The notes under the pieces were generated by a model, which was not told the origin of the DNA, did no database searches, and saw only the letters and a program-made list of their open reading frames with translations. The position numbers and the translations under genes are program-made. Below are positions 51,388 through 64,000 of a DNA stretch of 64,000 bases, piece after piece. The DNA comes from Azolla caroliniana (Eukaryota > Plantae > Polypodiophyta). The stretch covers positions 19,592,001 to 19,656,000 of the forward strand of contig JBHGNT010000006.1 in the NCBI GenBank assembly GCA_043228905.1, written 5' to 3'. Positions within the stretch are counted from its first letter, which is position 1. Every line of letters starts with the position of its first letter.

Positions 51388-54300
51388 TGTTGAGCGGACA
51401 AGCTCAACCGTATCTGGATTGGATGCATAAGCCAGAGCCAGATCGGTATCCGGAATGGAGAACCGGATCAGTATCTGGAACCAAGAGCCAGATCGGATTA
51501 TAACCGGTAGGCCATTAGAGACGTACAACCTTAGCCTAGTACGTAGGCATATTCCTTGGAGTTAGTGTCAGTCGCTTGTATGAGCATTGAAGTACTTGTC
51601 AGTACTTCTGTCAGTCCTTTTATGGACTTGTATAAATAGTGTTCTGTAGGACATTTGTGTGTACAGAGTGATATTTTGAAATTGAGTTTATGTTGTTCTG
51701 CTATCTCTTTGTCACTCCCGTGTATCCTCTGTGTATTTTTGAAGCTTCCATTAAACCTACGCTTATTCTCTATTGCTACCCGACTGATCCGGTTCTTCTA
51801 GAAGCTTCTACACCTTAACTTTTACATGGTATCAGAGCGCGAGGGTTGAGAACCTCTACTGCCGACAATCGAAATAGACGAACCCTAACTTTGGGGAAAG
51901 CATAGAATGAAGAGAGAAGAAAGATATGGATAGAAGCATGACAAGCTCGTTTCCTACAGAAAAGATCGACCGAATCAACTATGCATCCTAGTCGTATAAA
52001 ATGCACTAGTACCTGTTGGGGCATGGATACTGGAGCTACGTGGAAGAAGAAAATGTAACAGTGCCGGATTCGGCACACAAGGACTTCCCGGCATGGGAAC
52101 AAGGAGCGATGTGCTCGGACCCATCAACGTCACGGTGAACGAAGAGGAGATGGTCCAGATCTGCCTTAGTGGTCTAGCACAACGTTACAAGCCAATCCGG
52201 ACGGCAATTTGCACCCATGAGAAGCCACCGTCCTTCTTCGACTTGCAATCAATGCTCATGGTCGAAGAAAACCACTTGAGTGGGTCAAGGACCACTCAAT
52301 CAGATAACTGGATGCTGTACACGGAGGCAGATCGGCCTCGTGGGCGTGGAGGACAAGGTGGGATGGCACGCAATAGAAGTGGCCGACAAGAGCAGAATCA
52401 GAGGCACCGAGATGGTGCCGATAACAGTTCCGGACCCTCCACAAGCAGGGGCAGTCAAAGCGGCACCGAAAACTGGTAAGGGAGGGTCGGCATGGAATGC
52501 TGGTACTATGGCAAGAAAGGCCACCGGGAGAGCAAGTGCTGGAAGAAGCGTGTCGATTCGGATAAAGCTGGAACTGGTAAGGCCGGACAAGGTAAGACCG
52601 GAAAAGGTCCAGCCTTCGTGATGAAGCACAAGGCAAACTCGATGAAGAAGACCACTTCCGGATCGGAGGAAGTGTGGTACGTTGACTCTGGAGCGTCCAA
52701 CCACATGATGAGCCACGAAGGGTGGTTCTCATATCTGAAAAAACCGGAGCAACCGAGAGTTGTCGAAATTGGAGACGACACTCCTCACCTGATAGTGCAT
52801 GTCGGAGAAGTTCCCTTGAGTCATGTTGGACAAAAAGGGAAGCTTATGAATGTGCTTCACGTTCTGACAATTACGAAGAACCTGGTGTTGGTCAGACAAA
52901 TTGTCAACCAGGGGATGCAGGTGCGGTTTATGCATCTCGGATGTTTCATCGAAGAAGAGGGCCAAGTCACCGCGCAAGGGCACCGGGACGGGAGTATGTT
53001 CATCCTCGACACCAACGACGTAGGCACCGCCTTGTTCGCAAAAGGACAGAAAGTCGAGTCAGATATCGATTTGTGCCACAAGCGGATCGGCCACGTCAAT
53101 TATCAAAGGCTTCAAGACTTGTAATCGAAATAGGTTGTTTTCGGATTGCCAAAATTCAGTGGTCAGAAGGCCCAAATTTGTGAAGCCTGCCAACTCGGAA
53201 AGCAACACCAGCTTCCATTCCCCACTGAATGAAACCGGAGTCGTAACAAACTCGACTTGATACATTCGGATGTGTGGGGACCAACATAGAACGTTACTCT
53301 TGGCGAGAGCCAATATTTCATCTTCTTCATTGACGACTATAGCCGACACGCGTGGATCTATCTCATTGAGAAGAAAAGCAAAGTCTTCGATTGTTTCCGG
53401 AACTTACAAAGCCTTGTTGAACAGGAAACAGAGAGAAAGATCCACTGCTTGTAGTCGGATGGCGGGAAAAAAGTATTTTTTTGGCCAATTCAATAGTTAT
53501 CTACAACAGAAAGGAATTCGGAGGGAATTCAGCTGCAGTTACACATCGAAACAAAACAGTGTAGGCGAAAGGAAGAACTGGTCAATTGTGGAGGCGGCAC
53601 GGGCAATGGTTGAGGAGAAAAGCATGCCCAAGTTCTACTGGGCCGAAGTGGTCCGGATGGCCGACTATATCCAAAACCGGATCAAGGATAAGGTGTGAGC
53701 ACACGAGCTGTATTTGGGTTGGAAGCCGAATTTAAAGCACCTGAGGATAGTCGGTAAATTACCTATGTGCATGTGCCAAATGAGAAGCGGAGAAAGTTGG
53801 ATCCAAAGTCGGAGAAGTGCATAGTAGTAGGCTACTCACATGAGCAAAAGGGGTATAAGTGCTATAGCCCCCGGACAAAGACAATCCGAGTAAGCCAAGA
53901 TGTCGAATTTGACGAGTCGGCATCATGGTACTCTCTATCGACTCTGACCCCCCGACTCCAACCCGATTTTGGAAGATGACGCGAATGAGCCCGAAACGAT
54001 CCAGGTAGAAGAAGAAGAAGGATTCACTACTCTAGATGAGAGTCCGATCTCATTCCGGCTGAGCGAGCCGAATGAAGAGCTATGTCGGAAGGACCAACAA
54101 GATGATAAGCCGACAAGTAGTGAAGACTTGACCGTGCTCTCTCCACGTAAGGAACCAAGGAGACGGTTCACACACAAAGAGAAGGGGAAGAAGAAGATGC
54201 CCGAGTATGACACAGGCAGAGAAGAGTCAGATTGGAGTGAGACCGACTCTGGAAAGAACGAAGATGGACCTCCGGGAACAAAACCCGAGCTAGCCAAGAG

Positions 54301-57300
54301 GGCCCTGAAATCGGCTAATGAGAAGTTACGCCGATCTACCCGCCAGAAGAACCCTGTAAAACAGTATGGGTATAATGAGTACATGGTACATTACTATACG
54401 TACATGACGAAAGTGGTGGAAGTGCACGAGCCGGAGAGCTACGCAGAGGCGGCAGAAGGTGCAAATTGGCGTGTGTCAATGGAGGAAGAGATGCATCACT
54501 CGATGCCAATGACACATGGGACCTGGTTGGCCCTCCCCGACGCTACAAACCGATCGACTGCAAATGGATGTTCAGGGTGAAATACAATGCCGACGGTTCG
54601 ATCAACCGGTATAAGGCCCGGTTAGTGGCCAAAGGATATGTGCAAACCCATGGAATCGGTTACAACGAGACCTTCGCCTCGGTAGCGAAGATGATGATAG
54701 TTCGTGTGGTGCTACCGGTTGTTGTGGCAATGGGTGACATCTTCACCAAATGGATGTGAAGAATGCATTTCTTGAAGGTGACCTTGAAGCACAGGTCTAC
54801 ATGATCCAAGCCCCCGGTTTTAGTCGGAGATGAACAAGTCGGCAGTCTGCCGACTCAAGAAGTCACTTTACAGCTTTAAGAAAGCCCCCTGTACTTGGAA
54901 TTCGAAGATCACGCACTGGTTGTGTAGGATGGGGTTTGCGGCCTCGAAGTTGGACTCTTCGTTGTTCATTCGGAAAGGTCCAGACGGTACGGTATGCATC
55001 TTGCTTTACGTGGATGATCTAGTCATCATCGGACCTAGACTCACTGAAATTGACCGAGTGAAGTTCCAGTTGTCGGATGCATTCGAAATGAAGAACCTGG
55101 GGGACCTTCATTATTTCCTTGGGATTGAAGTGATCCATACCCCCGATGGCCTATTGCTCTCCCAGTGACACCTACTTGTTGAATATGTTGTACAAGTTCA
55201 GCATGACGGATTGCCGACCAATCTCGACACCCCTGGATTGGAACCACAAGGTTCGTCCCGACTCCGCACCGACTTGCAATGAGACATGGTTCCAACAAAT
55301 TGTCGTAAGCTTTATTTATTTAATGATCACCTGATCCGACATTAGCTATCAGGTCGGAGCGATCAGTCAATTTATGCATAAGTCGACCGTGGAGCACCTT
55401 CAGTGCGCACACCAAATATTGAGGTATGTTAGTAGCACTAAGGACCAGGGATTGTTATACCGACACGGTATAACCGAAAAGCTAGTCGGATATACGGATG
55501 TCGACTGGGCTGGTGATGCGCCGGATCGTCGATCCACCTCCAGTTACATGTTCTCTCTAGGTAGTGTGGTTGTTGCATGGAGCAGGAAAAAGCAGCCGAG
55601 TCTGGCTCTATTGAGCACTGAGGCTGAGTATCGGGGCGCTACTGTTGCCACATGTGAAGCCATATGGCTTTGGCGGTTGCTGCATGACCTCTGGATCAAA
55701 GTTCCGACTCCGATCCCGATATACTGCGACAACATGAGCAACATATAGCTAGCAAAGAGCCCCGTGTTCTAGGCTCGGACAAATCACATAGAACGGCATT
55801 TACACTTTGTGTGCCAACGGGTCCTCACCGGTGAAGTCGAACTCTGATATGTCCGAACGGATCGGCAGGTTGCTGACATATTCACCAAGGCCCTTGGCAG
55901 TGACAAGTTGTAGCATTTTTTGGAGATGCTTGCTCTTCAACATCTCGACATGCTGCACTTGAGGGGGAAAACCGATATTGGTGTGGGGAGAACTGGAACA
56001 AAAACCGGAAAGGTAGGTAAAGGCACCGGAGAAGCAGCTGGAGACAAGGAGGAAAAGACTGAAATAGGGAAGACAAGAAGAAAAAGGGAGTCGAGTAAAC
56101 TTAAGAAGTTGGCACATCCGATAAAGTCGAACTGAGCGGTGATGGTGGTAGAGTCAAGAAGGATAGAGCCGACCGGAAGATGAAGGCCAAGACCCGGACA
56201 TGGTCTGATGTTGTGAAAGGCCTGAAGATTGAAGAAGAATTGGAGGCAACCAATTCGGACAAGAGCTGGAACGAGTTGAAGACAACCGATTTGGAAGAAG
56301 TGTTCGATTCGGAGGAGTCGAATCAACTGAAGGCCAAACGAACGAGAAGGCAATGGAAGTCAACGCCGACATGGTGTTGCCGTTTTCCGCGCGGATGTGT
56401 CAGAACGGGGTGGGACCAACGACGTCTCGGACCAAGGGGCCGGTGAGAGAAGAAGTGATATCTAGATATCTCATACTGGAGCGTTGCTCCAGAGCCAGTA
56501 AGAAAAGGGACTATCCGGATTGTATTCCGGGGCCGGACCGACATGTGTTGTTAGTGTCCGGGTCGTACCGGACAAGTCTTCGGACAACGGCAATGACCAC
56601 GCGGACTCACACTCCGTGTTAGCATTGAGATGAGATTGGAAGCTCTGGACACGACAAATAGAAATGTCACGGAATTACCGAGCATGAACAGAGACACGGC
56701 AAATGCTAATAACTAACAAAGGAAAATAAAAGATTACAACCGGACGCGGCCGACAACATAGAGCTTCGAGCTCTCGACACTCTCACACACTACCACTAGT
56801 GAGCCTCCGATCAGAAGCACACGGGCTACGAACGCGAAATAGAGGGCTCACAACACAATGACCCGAACAGAGATTGAGAGAAACCGGAAGTCTCCAGAGG
56901 TCGGTTCGACAACACTTCGTTTTCCAAAACATGGATCCCTTCCTTAGTCTTCTCCCCCTCCTTTTATAGGTCAAGGAGAGAGGGAAGCTATTACATTAGG
57001 TTGTTAAGACAACCGCTTTTCTCCCTAATCTTCTCCTCGATTTTCTCCCATAAATCCCCTTTATTCCTTTCCACCCGTGTGGTCTTAAAGTACCTATCGA
57101 ATCAATCCTACCTAGGTTTCCTTAACACTTAACTAATACTATGTTATTTACATATGTTTGTACAAAAAGACAACTTTTGTGTGCATCCGTGCACACCCCC
57201 GTTCCTGAGCTGTCCGGCCCCTTTTTTCCTTGTAGCCGGAATTCCCCACGACAACGGAGGAGCCGACGAGTCGAGAAGCGCCAAAGTCATAACAACGAAG

Positions 57301-57497
57301 GAGCTGAGATGGGCCTTATGAGCAGACAAGCCGACCGAGAAGGTTGAGGTGCACGGAACTGGATGGGTCGTGGCATGCGGGACTGGACGGGTTGAGGAGT
57401 GCGAGCGAAGCGTGAAGACTCTAGGAGAAGCCGGAAGCAAGGACTAGCAACAACAATAGACACCATGATCCGACCTCAAGTTGAGCTTGAGGGGGAG
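51388..57497 (+). mobile_element. Second family B copia (5' LTR, PBS, degenerate gag-pol) inside the first
   Basis: LTR 51388-51826; PBS tggtatcagagc 51827-51838; CWYYGKKGHRESKC, VDSGAS, KLDPKSEKC, LYVDD, DVDWAG, YCDN. Confidence 0.9.
56375..57253 (-). repeat. Solo LTR family Z-related, copy 3
   Basis: tgttgccg...cacgaca; flanks ATGG/ACGG; shares gacaacacttcgt, gatcccttc and ttttatag blocks with other Z copies; host sequence resumes in register. Confidence 0.78.
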
Positions 57498-58059
57498 TGT
57501 TGAGCGAGCAAGCTCAACATGATCCGGATCAGCTGAATCAGCCAAGAGTCTGATCGGTGTCCGGTAAGGTGAGCCGGATCGGAGAGCCAGACCCATGTGC
57601 AAACCGGTAGGGCGTTGGAGGCCTACACTCCTAGTCTACTAGGTAGTTATGGTTTTGGGAGTTAGTGTCAGTCGCTCAATACGAGCATTGAAGTACATGT
57701 CAGTACTTTTTTCAGTCTTTTTAAGGACTTGTATAAAAGTGCTCACTTAGCACATTGTATGTACAGAGTGTTCATTAATTTTTAATAGAGTTTTTTTACT
57801 GTTTTGATCTCTTCGTCTCTCCCGTGTACTCTTTGTGTATGATTCAAGCTTTCCATTAAACCTTAGTTCTATCTTTTGTTGCTGTTTGGATGAGCCGGTT
57901 GTGTCTATGAGCTTCTGCACATAACTCTTTACAATAGTTTAATGCAAAAGTAATAATATAACATGATGTAGTACAAAGATTTAAAGAATGTTTCACTGAG
58001 TTATTCAATTTCAAATATTTTCATTCACAAATGTTAAAACTTCATACATTAATTCGCTG

Positions 58060-59625
58060 GTGACTGATCAGGTGGAAATCTTGCAAATGGCAACTAATTA
58101 TTACAGAGACCTTTTAGCTCCAACATTTGGAATAAGTCCAAAGATTTCTAGATTAGCTCAGAGCCAGAGCCGGCTGGTATGGAAACCAAATGCTGAATTC
58201 AGATGGGTTGCAAAAGGGGAAGCCAGTAGATATCTAGGGACATGGATTGATGTAGATATCGACAAAGGATTACACTTGAAACAAATTCAAAGAAAATTTG
58301 TGACAAAATACGCAACTGGTCAGGGATGAATTTATCATTGGCTAGTAGGATCATAGTAGCTAACCATGTGCTCTTGCCTACGTTGTGGCATGCAGTCTCA
58401 GTGTGGATGTTTGATAGACATGCTATTCATACTATTAAAGCATGTATCAGGGGATTCCTATGTGATGGGAACAAGAAAGACAATGCGATAGCTAAAGTAT
58501 CATGGTCTACGTTGATTCTTCCCAAAAATGAAGAGGGTTTAGGATTGATTGACTCTGGATTGCAAAGTCAGGCATTGCGATGCAAGGTATTGGTAAGGAG
58601 CTTGTTGCTTGGAAATCGGTTATGGAAAACGTTGATTCATAATAGGTGCATCCTCTAGAGTCCTCAAGTTGGTAGGCATTGGAAGTCACATAAATCATGG
58701 TTATTTTGTATGGACTTAAAGCTTAGGAAATCTAATCAGTTGGTTGATCGCACATGTATGCCAATGATGAAGGTGTGGAGTATGCTCCATGGGCATCTAA
58801 GTCGGATAAGTCCAACTACTAATGTTGAATGGAGGCACCAACCCCTATTGTGGAACGAGGCCTTAAAGTTGATGGAGGGAAAAATTCTTGGACAGAGCAA
58901 GGGAATGTTGTGGGCTATATTGTACTATGTAGGGATTCATTCAATGGCAGATTGGATGTGGTTGTCTGCTAGTAATATGAAAGTTTAGAAATGGCAGGAA
59001 TATGCTTGACCTAGTCAATACAGTTGTATACTCAGTTCCTATCAGTAAAGGAGAAGAGGGTGAATGGTGCGGACAATGTGATGATACGGGAAAAATGATC
59101 AATGCTAGGGTCTAGGAAAGAACGGGAACATCGTCTATTTGGGATCAATAGATGAAGGTGCAAGTTGGCCCCAGATTAGAATTGTGGCACGAGATAGTAA
59201 GAAATGGAAGGTGAATCCACCAATCGATGAGGTTGAGGAGGACTGTATTTTGTACGTGGCTGAAGGCAAGCCACTGGAGTGTTTAGAATGGGATCATGCA
59301 GAATATAAGTGAAGGGGAGAACAAGATAAATCATAGGTTTCTTCAAGTACACGATACGCTTGTGGAGAAAGTTATGCTTCCATCATGAGAAGTGCATCAA
59401 CAAATGGGCCCATGTAGCTGTCAATTCGGTCTTCGTGGATATAACTAGGAATGGGATATGGTTCCTCATCCCTACTCAAGAGGATCAAAGTGTTTTTCTG
59501 ATTAAACACCCATTGGGCTGTTCCAACTAGAGAGTGGCTTGGGAAAAAGGGTGGTGGAGTAATTGCAAGGCTTGTGAAGCAAGTTTGAAGGACATCACAC
59601 ATTGTTTGTGGAGCTGCCAGTGAGC
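58060..59625 (+). mobile_element. Degenerate L1-type LINE ORF2 3' portion
   Basis: RYLG; LSLASRIIVANHVL; KVSWSTLILPKNEEGLGL; terminal CKAC...HCLWSC zinc finger at ~59565-59620. Confidence 0.8.
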
Positions 59626-59697
59626 CCCTCGACGCGCAACCCATCCTATGCTCTCATCCGCCACTTGGAAAGCTAAGAGCGCACACCGGTTTGGGCA

Positions 59698-59758
59698 GAA
59701 AAAGAACGCAACCCATGCCCAGGACATCCTGGGAGGTCACCCATCCCAGTACTGTTCA
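59698..59758 (-). pseudogene. Partial second 5S rRNA copy (intermediate element/C-box half)
   Basis: Minus strand AGTACTGGGATGGGTGACCTCCCAGGATGTCC...GTTGCG followed by a T-run. Confidence 0.75.
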
Positions 59759-59785
59759 CAAAAAGAAGACGACTCAAAGCAAAAA

Positions 59786-59886
59786 GTGTGCAACACCAAT
59801 ACTTCCCGGGAGGTCACCAATCCCAAGCAAACTTAATTGCAGAGTTCTGATGGGATCCGATGTATTGCCATTGGTACGACCGCACC
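59786..59886 (-). pseudogene. 5S rRNA pseudogene with ~15-nt internal deletion and T5 terminator
   Basis: Minus strand GGTGCGGTCGTACC...GGATCCCATCAGAACTCTGCAATTAAG...GGTGACCTCCCGGGAAGT...GTGTTGCACAC then TTTTT; matches plant 5S rRNA as recalled. Confidence 0.85.
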
Positions 59887-60062
59887 ATGACAGTACTCTG
59901 CATTCCGAGGTACAGGAAGGAAAACCTACACAAAAATGCTCTACGAGGACAACTAAAATCAGGGGACCCACGTCACCGTCCCAACTGCACGCGCGAGGGC
60001 GCCGGCGAAGGCTAAGGCGAAGGCTTTGGATCTTAGAGAAGGAGTATATATATATATATCTT

Positions 60063-60806
60063 TGTAAAAGTTAGTGTGCGGAGGCGTTGTCGCGTTACTA
60101 CGCGCGTGCGTGGAAAAAACGAGGCGGGACCACCGGGGTCTTGAACCGAAGAGCAGGTGATAGGAGGGGGAAAGAGAAAGAGAGAGATGACCGGTTACGT
60201 ATGAGCAAAGAACACAGGGACACGGCCCGTCAACGCAGAGAACACGAATGGACATAGAGACAGAGAGACACGAAAGTTTGTATATTAACGAATAACAAAT
60301 ACACAACAGAGCGCGTGGGCGGTTACAACCGAACAGGCCGACGAACAGATGTCGATGCCTGTTTGTCTGCGCACGAAAGGGGATAGGATGGAGGTGCTGC
60401 CGGAAGCACACGGGCGTTCCTCGAAGTAGTGCAAGCCTCTCGAAAACCTGTAGAGAAGAGCAACAGAGAACAAACAGAGGAGAAGCGTTCGGTTCCGATC
60501 CGACAACACTTCGTCCTCCTTAATGCGCGATCCCTTCTCCCCCGCGTCTCCCTCTCTTTTATAGCTGTAGGAAGGGAGCTGTCTCCCTCATTTACTCCCT
60601 ACCTACCGAATCTAACTACCCCCCGATATGCCTATGTACCTAATTCCCTATTATATACATTAAGGGCGCACACGCGTGAAGAGCCGGTTCACGCGCGCTA
60701 TGCACCGATTGCGCTAAGGGACGGTTTTCTTCACGACAGCGTTAGACAGAACTGGCTCAGTTGGATAGCAACAGAGAATAAGATGAAAGGTTTAATGGAG
60801 AAGCTT

Positions 60807-60842
<36 letters not shown>

Positions 60843-63800
60843 AGAACATAAACTCCATTCAAAATATCACTTTGAAACTATGTACATACAACGTGCTAAA
60901 CAACACTATTTATACAAGTCCTCAAAAGGACTGACATAAGTACTATGTACTTCAATGCTCATACGAGCGACTGACACTAATTACGAGACAATGATTACCT
61001 AGTAGCCTAGTCTACTACTAGGCTTCCGGTTCAGACTCGAATCTGGCTCTCTGATCTGTCTCCCCGATCCGACCGGTTGTTTTCGGATATCGATCCGGAT
61101 CCTGTTGAGCTTGCTCGCTCAACACTCCCCCTCAAGCTCCACTTGAGGTCAGATCGTGGTGTTAGTGGATGTGGCTGCTGGTCCTTCCACCCGACTCCTT
61201 CTGGCGTCATTTTGCCTTGCTCGCGCACCTCGTCCGGTCCGGTTCCGCTTTCCGCGACCTGTTCAGTACTGCGCACCTCGTCGCTATCTTGTCGGCTTGT
61301 TTGCTCAACAGGCCCATTTTAGCTCCTTCACTATTATGACTCCGGCTCTTGTTGATCCATCGATTCCTCCGTGTCAGTGTCGACTTCCGTTTCCTTCTCG
61401 TTCGGTTGTCCTTTAGTTGATCGGGCTTCTGCGAATCTTGAACCGAATCGGCTTCCTCCGATTTGTACCAGCTCTTGTCCGAGTTAGTAGTCTCCAACTC
61501 TTCTTCCAATTTTAGGCCCTTCACCACATCGGACCACGTCCGGGTCTTGGCCTTCTTCCGGTCGGCTATGTCCTTCTTGACTCTGCCACCGCTACCGCTT
61601 GCTCCGACTTGTTCAGATGTGCCGACTCCTTCAATCTAATCAGCTTCTTTTTTCTGCTTATCTCCCCCTTGGTTCTTCCTTCCTCTCCGGCTCCTTGTCC
61701 AGTGCCATTCATTCCCGTTCCTGTTCTTCCCCTCAAGTGTGGCACATTGAGATGCTGAATGTTGAGCATCTCTGAAAAGTGCTGCAACTTGTCCAATCTG
61801 AGCGGCTTGGTGAAGATGTCGGCAACTTGCCGATTCGTGTGAACATACCGAAGTTCAACTTCACTGCTCAGAACCCGCTCACGAACAAAGTGATAATGCT
61901 TCTATGTGCTTTGTCCGAGCATGAAATAGAGGGTTCTTGGCGAGCTGAATGCTGCTCATGTTGTCACAATAGATCATGATCGGGATCGGTACCTCGATCC
62001 GGAGGTCACGTAGTAGTTGCCGAAGCTAGATGGCTTCACGTGTGGCATTGGTAGCGCCCTGGTACTCAACCTCAATGCTCAACAGAGCCACAATTGGCTG
62101 CTTTTTGCTGCTCCTCACAACAGCTGCGCTACCACGAGAAAACATGTAACCGGAGGTGGATCGACGATCCAATGCATCACCAACCCAGTTGGCATCGGTA
62201 TATCCGACTAGCTTCCCAGTTATACCGTGTCGGTATAACAGTCCCTGATCCTTCGTGCTGCTAACATACCAGAGTATCTGGTGTGCGCACTGAAGGTGCT
62301 CGACGGTTGGCTTCTGCATGAACTGGCTGATCACTCCGATCGGGTAACTAATGTCGGGTCGAGTGATTGTCAGGTATATGAGGCTTCCGACAATTTGTCG
62401 GAACCATTTCTCATCGTAGGCCGGTCCGGAGTCTGGACTTATCTTCAAGTTCCGGTCCAGGGGTGTAGAGATCAACCGACATTCTGTCATGCCGAACTTG
62501 TACAACATATTCAACACATAATAGCGTTGTGAGAGAAATATGCCATCGGGGGTTCGGATCACCTCGATCCCAAGAAAGTAATAAAGGTCCCCCAGGTCCT
62601 TCATTTCAAATGCGTCTGACAGCTGGGACTTCACTCAGCCAATTTCAACGAGTCCGGATCCGGTGATGACCAAATCATCTACATAAAGCAAAATGCAAAC
62701 CGGACCATCCAGACCGTTTCGGATGAACAATGAAGAGTCAGACTTTGAGGCTGCAAACCCCATCTTACGCAACTGGTGCATGATCTTCGCATTCCAAGCT
62801 ATAGGGGCTTGCTTTAGACTGTAAAGCAACTTCTTGAGCCGGCATACCGCCGATTTGTTCATCTCCGATTGAAAATTGGGGAATTGGATCATATAGACAT
62901 GTTTTTCAAGATCACCTTGAAGAAATGCATTCTTCACGTCCATTTGGTGAAGATGCCACCCCCTTGCTGCAGCAATCCCTAGTTCTACATGAACCGTTGT
63001 CATCTTCGCTACCGGAGCGAATGTCGCGTCGTAGTTGATTCCATGAGTCTACGCATATCCCTTCGCCACTAACCGGGCCTTGTACCGGTTAACCGAACCG
63101 TCAACATTGTACTTTACCTTGTACACCCAATTACATCCGATCGGTTTACAGTGTCGAGGAGGGTCAATGAGGTCCCATGTGTCGTTGGCATCAAGTGCTC
63201 GCATTTTTTCCTCCATAGCGGCACGCCAATTTGCATCCTTTGCCGCTTTTGCGTAGCTCTCTGGCTCACGCATTTCCGCCACTTTGGTCATGTACGCATA
63301 GTGATGCACCATGTACTCATTGTACCCATACCGCGTAACGGGGTTCTTTTGGCGGGAAGACCGGCGTAACTTGTCATCACCCAGTTTGGGGCCCTTCTTG
63401 GCCGGTTCAGACTTCGTTCCCAAAGATCCGCCTTCATCCTTTCCGGAGTCAGATCCACTTTGATCCGACTCTTCACTACCAGTGTCGTATTCCAGCATCT
63501 TCTTCTTCCCCTTCTCTTTGCGCGTGAACCATCTCCTCGGTTCCTTGCGCGGAGAGAGCACGACAGAGTTTCCACTACTCGCCGGTTGCTCATCCGACTG
63601 GTCACTTTGACCCAGTCGTTCATTCAGTCTGCTCAACCAAAACGATTCCGGACTCTCTTCTAGACTCTCAAGCTCGTCATCTTCTATCTAGACTGGTTCA
63701 TGCTCACTAGCCTCATCTTCCGAAATCGGGTCTTCGTCGGGAGTTGGAGTCGGTAGGGTGTACCATGATGCCGACTTATCAAACTCGATATCTCGACCCT
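60063..63800 (-). mobile_element. Ty1/copia family B copy: 3' LTR, PPT, RH, RT, integrase end
   Basis: LTR 60063-61124 (with insertion); PPT 61125-61133; ORFs 62026-62634, 62635-63003, 63049-63636 ([21 protein letters not shown]). Confidence 0.9.
60088..60738 (-). repeat. Solo LTR family Z, copy 2
   Basis: tgtcgcg...cacgaca; 4-bp TSD GCGT; homologous to 49164-49841. Confidence 0.9.
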
Positions 63801-64000
63801 AGGGACTCCACTATACATAAGAAGGTTGTATCACGTGCGTTCATGACATCATTTATAAACCCCTTATACGTATGGTTTTTACTATTTTAGTAACCCTTCT
63901 GTAGAAAAAATATTAATAAAAATACCCCTTATTACCAATATATTTTTTGATAACCACCCATTTTAAATACCCTTACATATAAAATATACATGCACACATA

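Larger units (their letters stand above)
47601..57933 (+). mobile_element. Ty1/copia family B composite element with three LTRs and nested solo LTRs
   Basis: Outer LTRs 47601-48035 and 57498-57933 match each other; TSD ACAGT/ATAGT; PBS at 48036; gag, PR and HHCC 48150-51387; PPT 57489-57497. Confidence 0.9.

Noticed and set aside
59698-59886. Functional 5S rRNA gene or Cassandra TRIM
   Set aside because: Internal control region is deleted or diverged; no paired LTRs, PBS or PPT around it.
63800-64000. Possible DNA-transposon terminus (tagggactccac...) truncating the last copia
   Set aside because: Other end lies outside the window; no TIR or TSD can be verified.

Overview
Eukaryotic plant genomic DNA; the repeat lineages look non-seed-plant/fern-like, but that is inference. 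The window is dominated by deeply nested retrotransposons around one small AT-rich gene island. Main contents: (i) several Ty1/copia elements, including one intact, very young element (17053-22500, 1357-aa gag-pol, near-identical 667-bp LTRs) and a non-autonomous deletion derivative (7980-11388); (ii) Ty3/gypsy fragments and many solo LTRs; (iii) a full-length but decayed RTEX/CR1-like two-ORF LINE (13066-23600) whose ORF1 and ORF2 are in frame across a single TGA-CGG; (iv) an apparently autonomous hAT DNA transposon (36377-41677; 17-bp TIRs, 8-bp TSD, intact transposase) just upstream of (v) a six-exon host gene for a secreted, probably GPI-anchored EGF-like protein (42166-45038); (vi) a decayed PMD-like/coiled-coil ORF (30.6-32.9 kb), an L1 fragment and a 5S rRNA-derived locus. 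The most unusual signals are a solo-LTR family with 4-bp CpG-centred target duplications, the in-frame LINE junction, a conserved hairpin over the polypurine tract, and a conserved post-RNase H extension in one copia lineage. All coordinates were read by eye and no database searches were run.
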